Positions 1 to 9,656 of a stretch of DNA of 64,000 nucleotides are shown in pieces (positions within the stretch are counted from its first letter, which is position 1; each line of letters opens with the position of its first letter). The DNA lies in contig CAZEFI010000007.1 of assembly GCA_964511425.1 (NCBI GenBank), forward strand, positions 14,832 to 78,831. The letters are read 5' to 3'. The position numbers and the translations under genes are program-made. Below the pieces are notes generated by a model. That model was not told where the DNA came from. It made no database searches and saw nothing but the letters and a program-made list of their open reading frames with translations. This DNA comes from an uncultured Pseudomonadales bacterium (GTDB lineage: Bacteria > Pseudomonadota > Gammaproteobacteria > Pseudomonadales > Azotimanducaceae).

Positions 1-807
1 TTCGCGGATAGGTGTTCCCATCGGCAATTCCCACAATCCTGGCTTGTTCACACGACCGGAAATTCCGTAGATTTTTGTCCCAGAGTCTTCGGTCAGTCCA
101 AGATCGTGATACCACTGAGCACCATTCCGAATTATTGCGGGTACGTTGCACAAAGTTTCGACGTTATTGACGATCGTAGGTCGTCCCCAAGCCCCGCTGG
201 CCGGAGGAAATGGCGGTTTATAACGTGGTTGACCACGCTTACCCTCCAACGCGTTGAGTAACGCGGTTTCTTCACCACAAATGTACCGTCCGCCGGATAA
301 ATGGATCCGTAAATCTAAATTAAAGTCCGAACCGAAAATCGACTTTCCGATGTAATTCTTTTCGCGAGCTTCTTCAATTGCTTGTGCAAGCTGACGATTT
401 GGTTCGTGATACTCGCCGCGAAGAAAAACGTATGCCTTTTCCGCACCTATAGCATAGGATCCCAGAATCATCCCTTCTATCAGAGAATGCGGATTAAATT
501 CGATGAGATAACGATCTTTAAACGTACCTGGTTCCATTTCATCCCCGTTACAAACGAGATATTTGTAGCCAGGAGTTTGTGGTTCACCTTTAGCGAATCC
601 CCATTTCACTCCTGTAGGAAACCCGGCACCGCCGCGACCGCGCAAATTAGCTTCCCGTACTAGATCGATTACCTCTACAGGAGTCATGTGCTTTAATGCC
701 TTTTGCGCCGCCGTGTAGCCACCACCCGATTCGTAATCCGAAAGCGTGACTAATCCTCCGACTTCCTCGACCCGCCCAATCAACGGTTTCGTATCTTGCA
801 ACGACAC
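1..807 (-). CDS. nuoF: NADH-quinone oxidoreductase subunit F (51-kDa subunit); C-terminal part runs off the window
   Basis: My reverse-strand translation from GTG at 807, directly after the nuoE stop at 808-810, gives MSLQDTKPLIGRVEE...LRGRGGAGFPTGVKWGF...YLVCNGDEMEPGTFKDR...GGRYICGEETALLNALEG. These are NuoF NADH/FMN-site motifs. It is absent from the ORF track because there is no stop inside the window. Confidence 0.9.
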   Translation of the reverse strand, partial: MSLQDTKPLIGRVEEVGGLVTLSDYESGGGYTAAQKALKHMTPVEVIDLVREANLRGRGGAGFPTGVKWGFAKGEPQTPGYKYLVCNGDEMEPGTFKDRYLIEFNPHSLIEGMILGSYAIGAEKAYVFLRGEYHEPNRQLAQAIEEAREKNYIGKSIFGSDFNLDLRIHLSGGRYICGEETALLNALEGKRGQPRYKPPFPPASGAWGRPTIVNNVETLCNVPAIIRNGAQWYHDLGLTEDSGTKIYGISGRVNKPGLWELPMGTPIRE

Positions 808-1296
808 TTACGAGTACCTCGAAAACAACTCTGCTAGATCCTCTTCCATCACAGGACCAAAAAGATCTTCATTAATGATCATTGCAGGAGCTCGATCGCA
901 TGCACCTAAACAAACTATTGGGATTAACGTGAAACGATCATCGGTTGTTGTTTCACCAAATTTAATCCCTAAGTGTTCCTGCACTTTTTGAGCGAGTCCA
1001 TCAGCACCCATTACGTAACAGGACACACTATCGCAAACCATCACTACATTGCGTCCGACTGGTTGTCGATGAATCAGGTTGTAGAACGTAGCAATCCCAT
1101 CCAGTTTTGCTGCTGACATATCAAGAAATTTCGCGATCGCTCGCAAACTTTCATCTGAGATCCAACCGCGGTGTTTCTGAACAATCATCAGTGCATCTAT
1201 TGCAGCGGATTCTCGATCCGGTAAGTGGGCAACTTCCGCCTCTATTTCGGATCGTTCCGCGTCGCTCAACGGCGAAATCAATGCAACTGTACTCAT
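808..1296 (-). CDS. nuoE: NADH-quinone oxidoreductase subunit E (24-kDa, 2Fe-2S)
   Basis: The 162-aa ORF has the thioredoxin-like 2Fe-2S pattern ([11 protein letters not shown] ... CLGACDRAP). It sits between nuoCD and nuoF and overlaps nuoCD by 4 nt. Confidence 0.9.
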   Translation of the reverse strand: MSTVALISPLSDAERSEIEAEVAHLPDRESAAIDALMIVQKHRGWISDESLRAIAKFLDMSAAKLDGIATFYNLIHRQPVGRNVVMVCDSVSCYVMGADGLAQKVQEHLGIKFGETTTDDRFTLIPIVCLGACDRAPAMIINEDLFGPVMEEDLAELFSRYS

Positions 1297-3071
1297 CGAT
1301 CGACGTCCGCCATCACGAAATCAATACTTGCGATGATCGCAATTAAATCCGGCACCATAAAGCCATTACTGATAAACGGTATCTGCTGTAGCGCAGGGAA
1401 GGACGGGGTCCTAACTCGAGAACGGTACGCCATAGTTCCACCATCCGAAATGGAGTAGAAACTCGTCCAGCCTTTCGTTGCTTCGACGAGCGTTGCCGAC
1501 TCTGACGGTGGGATCACGGGACCCCAACTCACATTGAGAAAGTGATGTATGAGCGTTTCGATGTGTTCCATCGTGCGCTCTTTCGACGGAGGGGTGGTCA
1601 GTGGATGGTCCGCCTTATAGGGACCTGAAGGCATGTTGTCTGCACACTGCCGGATAATGCGTAGACTCTGGCGAATCTCTTCTACTCGAACGACGCACCG
1701 GTCATAAGAATCTCCGTTGCTAGCGGTCGGAATCTCGAAATCGAACTGCTCGTAGGAACTATACGGGCGGTTTTTGCGCAGATCCCATTCGTGTCCTGTC
1801 GCACGTAGCGACGGCCCGGTTATTCCCCAGTCTAAGCCTTCGGAAGTGTTATATGCGCCAATCCCAACGGTACGTCTCTTGAGAATATTATTTTGTAACG
1901 CCATCGTGTCATAGTGATCAAGACGAGCCGGCATGTAGTCACAAAAGTCGGTGACCATTTCGTACCAACCTTCAGGAAGATCATCACAAACTCCCCCGAT
2001 CCGGAACCAACTTGGGTGCATGCGCCCGCCAGTGATCGCCTCAACAATAGAGAACAACCGTTCCCGGTCCGCAAACATGTAAAAAACTGGCGACATTTGG
2101 CCCACATCTTGAGCGAACGTGCCATAAAACAACAGGTGACTTGCTATTCGGAACATCTCCGAGACCATCACTCGAATCACCTGAGCACGCGGCGGAACCT
2201 CGATACCAGCCATTTTTTCGACGTTCAATACGTACGGGAAATTGTTCATGACACCGCCGAGGTAGTCAATCCGGTCGGTGTAGGGAATGTATGTGTGCCA
2301 CGATTGCCGTTCAGCCATTTTCTCTTGACCGCGATGGTGGTAGCCGATGTCGGGAACAGCCTGAACTATTACCTCACCGTCTAATTGAAGGGCAATTCGA
2401 AATACACCATGCACGCTTGGATGGTTGGGTCCGAGATTTAAGAACATGAAGTCTGTGTGTTTAGTGGACCGGCTCATCCCCCACTCTTCCGGTATGAACC
2501 TTAACGCTTCCTGCTGCGCATCCTGAACTTCGTCAGGTAAAGCAAATGGGTCCATCTCTGTGGCGCGTGCGGGATGTTCTTTACGAAGTGGGTGTCCTTC
2601 CCATAAAGGAGGTGTCAATATGCGCCGTAAGTTCGGATGTCCATCGAATTGAATACCGAACATGTCAAAAGCTTCGCGTTCATACCAATTAGCGACTGGA
2701 TAAATCGATTCAACACTAGCTATGGAATTGTCTTCGTCTTGTAAAGGAACTTTGATGCGGAGATCTTGATCTGCTGATAACGACATTAAATGGTAAAACA
2801 CCGTGAAGTCGGAGGATGGCTGATCCTCACGAAACTTCCTATGTCGTTCATCGATTGCCGATAGATCGAACATCAACTCAAAACAGTTTTTAGCGTCGTG
2901 TTTTAAATAGTGGAGTACTTCACTAATTTGGTCGCGCTTAATCCAAACATTCGGTATCCCGTCAGCGGTTTGCTGATAGTGGCAATCATCGCCAAAACGT
3001 TTACCCAACTCGCGCGCAATGTCAGAAACATCGATCCCAGGCGTTGGAGCAGTTGCTACTTCAGCGTTCAC
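1293..3071 (-). CDS. nuoCD: Fused NADH-quinone oxidoreductase subunit C/D
   Basis: The 592-aa ORF has a NuoC-like N-terminal part ([14 protein letters not shown]) followed by a NuoD-like part ([13 protein letters not shown] ... ADVDR end). This single-polypeptide arrangement matches E. coli NuoCD. Confidence 0.92.
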   Translation of the reverse strand: MNAEVATAPTPGIDVSDIARELGKRFGDDCHYQQTADGIPNVWIKRDQISEVLHYLKHDAKNCFELMFDLSAIDERHRKFREDQPSSDFTVFYHLMSLSADQDLRIKVPLQDEDNSIASVESIYPVANWYEREAFDMFGIQFDGHPNLRRILTPPLWEGHPLRKEHPARATEMDPFALPDEVQDAQQEALRFIPEEWGMSRSTKHTDFMFLNLGPNHPSVHGVFRIALQLDGEVIVQAVPDIGYHHRGQEKMAERQSWHTYIPYTDRIDYLGGVMNNFPYVLNVEKMAGIEVPPRAQVIRVMVSEMFRIASHLLFYGTFAQDVGQMSPVFYMFADRERLFSIVEAITGGRMHPSWFRIGGVCDDLPEGWYEMVTDFCDYMPARLDHYDTMALQNNILKRRTVGIGAYNTSEGLDWGITGPSLRATGHEWDLRKNRPYSSYEQFDFEIPTASNGDSYDRCVVRVEEIRQSLRIIRQCADNMPSGPYKADHPLTTPPSKERTMEHIETLIHHFLNVSWGPVIPPSESATLVEATKGWTSFYSISDGGTMAYRSRVRTPSFPALQQIPFISNGFMVPDLIAIIASIDFVMADVDR

Positions 3072-3754
3072 GTCGCTCGTTTTTTACCCAGTAAGTCTTT
3101 CGACAGTGGTGCTTCTCCGACAGTGTTAGGTTCCGCTAGTTCTCGAGTTTTCATCCGTTCGGGTGTATGCCGATCACGTTGACTCGGTTCGTACTTTGTC
3201 GTGACACCGCTCTCGGATATCATCCAAGACAGCGGGCGGGGCGAATTCTTAACCGACTCTTGGAGTAAAGTTAATCCCTGCATAAATGCTTCAGGGCGAG
3301 GGGGGCAGCCTGGAACGTATACATCAACGGGTAAGAACTTGTCGACTCCTTGTACGACACTGTAAATATCAAACATGCCACCTGAATTTGCACACGATCC
3401 CATTGAAATAACCCAACGAGGTTCCAACAACTGTTCGTAAAGATGCTGCAAGACTGGAGCCATTTTTCGAAACACGGTTCCCGACACAACAATTAAATCG
3501 GATTGTCTTGGAGTCGCACGAATCACTTCTGCTCCAAAGCGAGAAATATCGTGGCGCGAGGTAAATCCTGTTGCCATTTCTACATAACAGCACGATAGAC
3601 CAAAATTGAACGGCCATATTGAATTAGAACGTGCCCAAGCAACTAAATCTTCAAGCCGCGCGGTGAGGAAACTTTTCGCTGCTTCTTCCTGATACACCTC
3701 GTCGGACTGAGACATCAACTCATCCGCTGCAGTTTTGACTAATCGCCAGCGCAT
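3068..3754 (-). CDS. nuoB: NADH-quinone oxidoreductase subunit B
   Basis: Motifs [18 protein letters not shown] and VPGCPPRP are present. I place the start at the internal ATG 3754..3752, which forms a TAATG junction with the nuoA stop, rather than at the track start 3835, which would overlap nuoA by 82 nt. Confidence 0.88.
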   Translation of the reverse strand: MRWRLVKTAADELMSQSDEVYQEEAAKSFLTARLEDLVAWARSNSIWPFNFGLSCCYVEMATGFTSRHDISRFGAEVIRATPRQSDLIVVSGTVFRKMAPVLQHLYEQLLEPRWVISMGSCANSGGMFDIYSVVQGVDKFLPVDVYVPGCPPRPEAFMQGLTLLQESVKNSPRPLSWMISESGVTTKYEPSQRDRHTPERMKTRELAEPNTVGEAPLSKDLLGKKRAT

Positions 3755-4167
3755 TAAGAAGTAACTCTCCGAGAATATGCGTCCGGCGTGGTATGGCGTG
3801 ATTTGATTCCCCAATCTAACGCGCCAGTGCGCCATTCATATGCAAGTGCAATCAAGAGCATGACAATAAAAACTGCAACCGCTATGTAGCCCATCCAACC
3901 AACTTCCCGGAACGCAATGGCCCAACCCACAATAAAAATTGTCTCTAAATCAAAAATGACAAAGAAAATAGCGACTAGATAAAACTCTATCGACAAGCGC
4001 ATGTTTTCGGCTTCACCGACAGGGACGATTCCGGATTCATATGGTATGTCTTGCGCACGACCATGACGTGCTTTTTCGCCAACGAACCAAGAGAACAACA
4101 AGGTTGCGGACAGAATCAATACTACGGCTAGTGTGTACAGAAGAAACGGTAGGATTTCAACAGTCAC
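3754..4167 (-). CDS. nuoA: NADH-quinone oxidoreductase subunit A
   Basis: 137-aa three-helix membrane protein (YESGI, FDLE motifs), first gene of the nuo cluster. Confidence 0.88.
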   Translation of the reverse strand: MTVEILPFLLYTLAVVLILSATLLFSWFVGEKARHGRAQDIPYESGIVPVGEAENMRLSIEFYLVAIFFVIFDLETIFIVGWAIAFREVGWMGYIAVAVFIVMLLIALAYEWRTGALDWGIKSRHTTPDAYSRRVTS

Positions 4168-4510
4168 TGCAACTTAGCACCATGCATAAATAAGAAATTG
4201 GACAAAAAGAAGGGGTGAACTTGATCGAATTAGAGTGGTTAGCGACGAGAGAATAGAAAACCACGAGCACTCATGTCGTGTACTCTGTCCTCTCCTCCAA
4301 ATCGATCCAATTGTTTAGCAAAAAAACTTATGAATATCGCAAAGTCCACCCTAGTGAACTGCGGTCACATTTTATTGAGACAACGCGGTTGTACGTACTT
4401 CGAGTTCGAAATCCAACTACAAACAAAAGTTTCGTATACTTTGTTCGAAATGCAATGATGCTTCATCCTCGCAGAATTGCGGAAATCGGAAATTTCACCC
4501 CAACACAAAC

Positions 4511-4957
4511 TTGCTCATGACGACCGATAACTCTGTTTCCTTCTATCAAGAAATAGCGGAATCACGGCCACAGTTGGTGCGATCTGCCACTGGCCTATTA
4601 GCACTAAACGCAGTAATCCTGCTCGGTTGGTGGATTGTAGTTCCAGCTGATGTAGAAAGTAACGGCGCGCAGTTTTTTTTCATTCTGATGTGGGGGGCGA
4701 TCGCATTCGCGATATATCGTGGCCACAGTTGGGTCCGATATGCAATTGCTGTTGTCGTCGTAGCAGGGCTAGTAGAATTTATCAACGCCTACGCACCTAG
4801 CGAACTCATCAGCTCTTTGAGTTGGGACGAAAAAGTCACCAAGTCGATTGGCCTAATTACCGTGTTATTGCTGTTTTACCCGACTTCGCATCGTTGGTAC
4901 AAATCCGTAAAAGAAACTCGTAAGCGGTACGAAGCCGCACAAAAAACTGGTTCCTAG
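4511..4957 (+). CDS. Hypothetical small integral membrane protein
   Basis: 148-aa ORF with several hydrophobic helices. I recognise no family. Confidence 0.45.
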   Translation: MLMTTDNSVSFYQEIAESRPQLVRSATGLLALNAVILLGWWIVVPADVESNGAQFFFILMWGAIAFAIYRGHSWVRYAIAVVVVAGLVEFINAYAPSELISSLSWDEKVTKSIGLITVLLLFYPTSHRWYKSVKETRKRYEAAQKTGS

Positions 4958-4993
4958 TTCTTCGAATTCACGATCCTGTGGATTGGGATTAAC

Positions 4994-5368
4994 GTGAAAC
5001 TCGGTATCACGCCCGGTTTGGTATTGATTGTCGTGTGTGCGGTTAGCACGCCATTTGTGGTAGCAGGGGTATTGTTGTTTCTGCCTCCATCTTGGACGTC
5101 TACAACGATAGGATTAACGTTTTTTCTCTTCGCACTCTACGGTACAGTCGTCGGTGTAATCACAGCTGTATGTATGAACGTTATCGCCACGTTCGGACTT
5201 CATCAAATTCTCGTGTTTTCGATTACCGCGTTAATAGTGAATCGAGTTAAGCAATTGATGCTTTCAACGCCTAATGAAGTTGGAATTGTGGAAGCCGCAG
5301 CGTTACTCATCGTCTGTTTGCTCGTATTTTGCGTGACCCTTTTTATGCAAAGAAACAAGCAGGACTAA
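4994..5368 (+). CDS. Hypothetical small integral membrane protein (GTG start)
   Basis: 124-aa ORF that is almost entirely hydrophobic helices. I recognise no family. Confidence 0.4.
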   Translation: MKLGITPGLVLIVVCAVSTPFVVAGVLLFLPPSWTSTTIGLTFFLFALYGTVVGVITAVCMNVIATFGLHQILVFSITALIVNRVKQLMLSTPNEVGIVEAAALLIVCLLVFCVTLFMQRNKQD

Positions 5369-5393
5369 TCGCAAAACTAGGAGGTAAAAAATT

Positions 5394-6257
5394 ATGCGAT
5401 ACATCACAACTAGATTTATTGGTTCAATTTTGGTGCTATTGGCCACTAGCTGTTTTTTACATGCGGAAGAAGAAAGCACCGTTGAGATCATTGAAGACGT
5501 CATTTACGGGCATAAAGCAGGAATGGCACTTATCTATGATGTTTTTAAACCCGCTCAACCCAACGGCACTGCGTTGATTTTCATGGTGAGCTATGGTTGG
5601 CGGTCACCGTGGCAACCTGCCGAATACCAACAAGAGATGTTTCAAAAATATTTGGATCGCAATGTCACGGTCTTTAATGTGTACCACGGGAGTTCTCCGC
5701 AGTTCAAAGTCCCCGAGGCCGTGAGCGATGTCCGACGGGCAGTACGACACATTAGACTACACGCGGACGAATATGAGGTCGACGACGAAAAGTTTGTAAC
5801 TTTCGGTTTCAGTGCTGGTGGACATCTAAGTCTCATGTTAGCACTAGACAGTGATTCCGGGAACGAAAATGCGCAAGATCCAATTGAGCGAGTATCAAAT
5901 CAGGTTGCCGCCACAATGGCAATTTTCCCACCGGTAGATCTCACCGATTTTGTTGGACCGTCAGAGAGCTTTCCAGCATTGGATTTCGATCCAGAATTAG
6001 CGGAAAGCGTATCGCCAATCTTTGCAGTATCGAAAAACGCCCCTCCAATCTTGCTTGTCCACGGAGACCAGGACGAACTAGTAGACATCGAGCACAGTGA
6101 AAGGATTCGTACAGCGTTGAAGAACAACGGCAATTGGGTGCATCTTGAAGTGATTGAGGGAGCTGGACATGGTTTTTACGAGGAAGCACACAATGAACAA
6201 TTTCAAAAGGCCGTGTTCAATTTTTTAGAAGAGCACAAGTTTGTGTCGAAGAAATAA
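5394..6257 (+). CDS. Secreted alpha/beta hydrolase (S9 / esterase-like)
   Basis: N-terminal signal-like segment, nucleophile elbow GFSAGGH, acid HGDQDELVD and His in GAGHGF. An AGGAGG-type RBS precedes the ATG. Confidence 0.75.
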   Translation: MRYITTRFIGSILVLLATSCFLHAEEESTVEIIEDVIYGHKAGMALIYDVFKPAQPNGTALIFMVSYGWRSPWQPAEYQQEMFQKYLDRNVTVFNVYHGSSPQFKVPEAVSDVRRAVRHIRLHADEYEVDDEKFVTFGFSAGGHLSLMLALDSDSGNENAQDPIERVSNQVAATMAIFPPVDLTDFVGPSESFPALDFDPELAESVSPIFAVSKNAPPILLVHGDQDELVDIEHSERIRTALKNNGNWVHLEVIEGAGHGFYEEAHNEQFQKAVFNFLEEHKFVSKK

Positions 6258-6577
6258 CAGCTACTAGTAAAGCAATTCCAATCTTGAAAAGATACGAGAA
6301 TTGAGATCGTTGAGTAAATAAATTGACACCGTCTTTCCACGGATAGCATGGTATTAAGTGGAATCGTCGCAACAAACGTTTGAATTGAGAACAGTGGCTC
6401 AGACTAATCGTCCCGCTGCTCACACACTTTATTAAGAATCACAAACATCTCCAATTAATAGCAAGTCCTACAGGGATTCTCAACAGGGAAAACAGTTACA
6501 AGAGGTGTCCCCAATTGGTTTCGGAGTTAGCTCTGTTTCACTCTTCGCGAGCCCAAACCGACGAGGAAGTGTTTGCG

Positions 6578-7075
6578 CTACTTCAGACCGAAAATCGAAT
6601 CTACAAATTCAATCTCCTTACAGCGTATAAGCAGATTCCAGTTGTTCTTAGTATGGAGAATTTTTTTGATTGAAACACTCTTTTGTTGGATTCTCTCAAT
6701 AAATATCGTAGGGATAATGTAGAAGTTTACTTCCGAATCGCCATTGTCCCTATGGCAATCCACGCCAACAATTACGTCTGCGGTTTGGGTGTTATGGACG
6801 TAGGATTTAACATCTGACTTGTACGAACGATCTGCACCTCCTCGGACTCCACCAGAAAAAGGGACGGACTTGCTCTTACTAACGGTCTTGACCTGAACTC
6901 GAATAATTTCGTGAACATTCGTTTCTACCAAGATGTCATAAGTCGAATGAGGAAGATCAACGCGCGATGCGTTGTACCCTCGCTCTAGCAAAGCGGCTAG
7001 GAATCTACTTTCGTTAGCAAAACCCTTGGCTGACGCTAGCTTACCTTTAGATATTGAGTGTTGAATTTCGGTCAT
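6578..7075 (-). CDS. Small PD-(D/E)XK-fold nuclease, candidate restriction endonuclease
   Basis: 165 aa. ERGYNASRVDLPHSTYDILVE...IIRVQVKT matches the D...(E/Q)xK core as I remember it for the PDDEXK_5-type family. Its start overlaps the methyltransferase stop by 4 nt (ATGA). Confidence 0.55.
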   Translation of the reverse strand: MTEIQHSISKGKLASAKGFANESRFLAALLERGYNASRVDLPHSTYDILVETNVHEIIRVQVKTVSKSKSVPFSGGVRGGADRSYKSDVKSYVHNTQTADVIVGVDCHRDNGDSEVNFYIIPTIFIERIQQKSVSIKKILHTKNNWNLLIRCKEIEFVDSIFGLK

Positions 7076-8400
7076 TTACGCAAAACCAGAACATAGTCAT
7101 CATTTATCCGTTCTTTACGGGGAACTTTGATAAAGTGGTTAATAATTGTTGAAATAAAACAACACTCAATCGAGAATCCAACTTTAGATGCTTCTACACA
7201 AAGATAACGCCAAGTTTCAAACTCGACACCTCGAATACGATTATTTCCCACCACAATTACGTACACCGCACCACGCTTGAGAACGCGGTAGACTTCTTTA
7301 AGGTTTGAAACCATGTCCCAGAGATACTTTGTCGCGATAAATGCTCGTCGAGGATCGGATTCGTATATTTTTGATATAGCTTGATCGGCTTCGTCACATC
7401 CAGAAGAATGAAGATCTGCATATTCGCGTGCCCGAACAACCTCGGTACCGATATGTTTTTTCTTCAATGGTTGCAACGAGCCGTTCGCAAAACCGAGCCA
7501 GTACAACTCAAGCTGATGTGTTCTCGGATAGTCTACTGCATTAACGTAGGGAGGTGAAGTGAGTGCTAAATCAATACTACCATTTTTAATGACAGGCATA
7601 TCGCGTGCATCAACATTGTCAGGAATGAAAACATTCCCAGACGGCTTTAACAATGACAACTGTAGCATGTTCCTTACTTGAACTTCGGTTCGTTTTAAAA
7701 AGAGATCTACAGCCATCTTCGGATGCACTTGTTTGTTCAAAGATCGTCGGATCACAGTTCTCGTACAATTGTTGTCCGCCTCGGACACTTGTCTGATCAC
7801 AGATGAGAAACAGATACGGAAGAAATTCTTTGTATGTTCGTCCGTACAAGTATTTTCAATCTCTATCTTTATGTGTGCAAGTTCCTTGAGTATAAAAAGT
7901 TGGAACCAATTGTCACGATATGGAAATTCTGGCACTCCATCTACGTGGGAGGGTTCTACATACGCTTCCACGCATTGACGAAGTTTTTGCCATGTGTTTA
8001 CAAGTAAATCTTCGTTGAGTACGGTAGTTTTTACAGATGCCAAGGTTCGAGCTAGCGGGTCTACATCTACTCCAATGCTGTGGCGACCCAGAATCGACGC
8101 TTCAAGATTTGTAGTACCACTACCCATGAATGGATCTAGCACTAAATCGCCTTCTCGAGAATACCTTTTGATAATCCATCGTGGCAGTTCTGGAAAGAAC
8201 TTCGCAGGAAACTTGTGGATTCCATGAGTGAGTGCACGTTGATCATGACTTATGAACAAATAGCTCGATCCATTCTCAATCGGTAAGGAAACTGGGATTT
8301 CACCTTCGATACGCATGGGTTCTTGAGATTGGTCAGAATTGATTTCGACGGTCGAGACCTCGTTTACTTCACCGACTCGTGGCAATTCTAATGTGGCCAT
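7072..8400 (-). CDS. DNA methyltransferase (N4-cytosine or N6-adenine class; SPPY motif IV)
   Basis: 442 aa. The AdoMet motif I is VLDPFMGSGTT (nt 8110-8136) and the catalytic motif IV is TSPPY (SPPY = nt 7546-7557, verified on the DNA). About 185 aa separate the two motifs. Confidence 0.85.
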   Translation of the reverse strand: MATLELPRVGEVNEVSTVEINSDQSQEPMRIEGEIPVSLPIENGSSYLFISHDQRALTHGIHKFPAKFFPELPRWIIKRYSREGDLVLDPFMGSGTTNLEASILGRHSIGVDVDPLARTLASVKTTVLNEDLLVNTWQKLRQCVEAYVEPSHVDGVPEFPYRDNWFQLFILKELAHIKIEIENTCTDEHTKNFFRICFSSVIRQVSEADNNCTRTVIRRSLNKQVHPKMAVDLFLKRTEVQVRNMLQLSLLKPSGNVFIPDNVDARDMPVIKNGSIDLALTSPPYVNAVDYPRTHQLELYWLGFANGSLQPLKKKHIGTEVVRAREYADLHSSGCDEADQAISKIYESDPRRAFIATKYLWDMVSNLKEVYRVLKRGAVYVIVVGNNRIRGVEFETWRYLCVEASKVGFSIECCFISTIINHFIKVPRKERINDDYVLVLRK

Positions 8401-8429
8401 GTATTTATCTTATACTCGAACTAATCCGA

Positions 8430-8441
8430 CCGAATATTCGG
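8430..8441. repeat. Perfect 12-bp palindrome CCGAATATTCGG, 30 nt upstream of the methyltransferase start
   Basis: Read directly from the sequence. The position fits an operator or 5'-UTR element of the M-R operon. Confidence 0.6.
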
Positions 8442-9000
8442 AGATCATGTGTTGGAAAAGGGAAATTGACTTAAATCCTACCATACTGTACAATATTATA
8501 TATATCTTGTGCGGTGATACAACCAAGAGTATTCGCAAAAACTCATCTCAGAATTTACCGGATCCCTGAATTCTCATGCACCAGTGGTGCTACAGAAAAT
8601 CACTGACACTAAAACCTTTTTCCAATAAAGCTGCATTTTGTTACCAATGGCTGCACAAATATCAACGATTTGTCTATATCCCGATACGTACTTATTGGCA
8701 ATGATCTTAGGTCCATGATCGACTCAAATTCGAGATCGCCGCGGCGTACAAAACTATAGTTCAACTCGAGACTCCGATTGGCATAGACGGAAACAAGACT
8801 AATTACTGATCTTCATCTATCGGGATGTACTCAATTGATACAAGAATCTTGGAATCCACTCGAAATGATCTGAACGGAATGTGTCGTCGTTGGAGACGCT
8901 GAGTAACTGCAAGGCATGAATTTATTTAGAGACGACAATAAGCCACTCAGTCGCTCGAGTTGTAAATTCAATGATCTCAAGTATCTTCACTGTTCGTGCA

Positions 9001-9029
9001 TTGTAGTATATGTTACCATTTGTTATAAT
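9001..9029 (+). promoter_or_regulatory. Candidate sigma70 promoter with extended -10 (TTGTAG - 17 nt - TGtTATAAT)
   Basis: The -35 is at 9001-9006, TG at 9021-9022 and TATAAT at 9024-9029. It lies inside the 5' end of the track ORF 9010..9648, which argues that the real start is the ATG at 9082. Confidence 0.4.
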
Positions 9030-9081
9030 AGAAATAAACAGAATTGATGTAATATTTTGCTATTCTAGTGTACGAACGTTA

Positions 9082-9648
9082 ATGCCCCCACAATTGAACG
9101 AATCAATCTCAACCCAAAATGAATTTAAGCCAAAAAACGCACCAAAAAATTTCATCGACGGACGCGGTCAATCATGGCTCTATAGACTTCTCCGACGATT
9201 CGGTGGAAAGACCATATACGTCTATGACAAAATATACCTAACGAGGTATTACCTATTTGGAGACGGAAGTGGTAAGTCGTTTGAGCTCTATGTACACCAT
9301 ATGCATGCCACGGACAGTTTCCGATGGTTACACAATCACCCTTGGAAGTGGTTCATTTCTTTTGTCTTCGCGGGTTCCTACATTCAGGATACCTTCAATC
9401 GACAGACCAACCAATTTGATACGCAGCACGTTCGATGGTTAAATCTCTTTCGAGGTTTAAATCGATATCACGCGATTCGAAAGTTACCCAGTGGTTCTGC
9501 CTGGACTTTGGTTCTCGCGCCCCCAAAGTTAAAAGACTATAACTGGGGCTATTGGAACGATGAAGCTAATGAGCACATTGAAGACAATCTAATCGGACAC
9601 GAATCAGCGCGCATTGAAGTCTTCGGCAACAAAGTCCTGAAAGACTAA
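9082..9648 (+). CDS. Hypothetical His-rich protein (VHHMHATDSFRWLHNHPW motif)
   Basis: Track ORF 9010..9648. I prefer the internal ATG at 9082 (MPPQLNES...) because of the promoter-like element. I recognise no family. Confidence 0.5.
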   Translation: MPPQLNESISTQNEFKPKNAPKNFIDGRGQSWLYRLLRRFGGKTIYVYDKIYLTRYYLFGDGSGKSFELYVHHMHATDSFRWLHNHPWKWFISFVFAGSYIQDTFNRQTNQFDTQHVRWLNLFRGLNRYHAIRKLPSGSAWTLVLAPPKLKDYNWGYWNDEANEHIEDNLIGHESARIEVFGNKVLKD

Positions 9649-9656
9649 GCCTCTAG

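Noticed and set aside
3755-3835. N-terminal extension of nuoB overlapping nuoA by 82 nt. Similar extensions occur for rpsD (39607-39705) and rplC (50503-50550).
   Set aside because: The extensions are non-homologous to known N-termini. Internal ATGs give canonical N-termini and tight gene junctions.
6217-6423. 68-aa minus-strand ORF at the left edge of the islet
   Set aside because: It overlaps the hydrolase 3' end antisense, and has no RBS and no recognisable features. It is kept only as a possible small-protein candidate if expression data exist.
8339-8569. 76-aa plus-strand ORF spanning the methyltransferase start region, considered as a possible controller (C) protein
   Set aside because: It overlaps the methyltransferase N-terminus antisense, has no helix-turn-helix-like segment and has no RBS. 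It is more likely chance in AT-rich DNA.
9295-9345. The literal string HNH in LHNHPW of the orphan protein, considered as an HNH nuclease motif
   Set aside because: The HNH nuclease signature is a spaced beta-beta-alpha-metal motif, not three consecutive residues. The similarity is coincidental until a fold prediction says otherwise.
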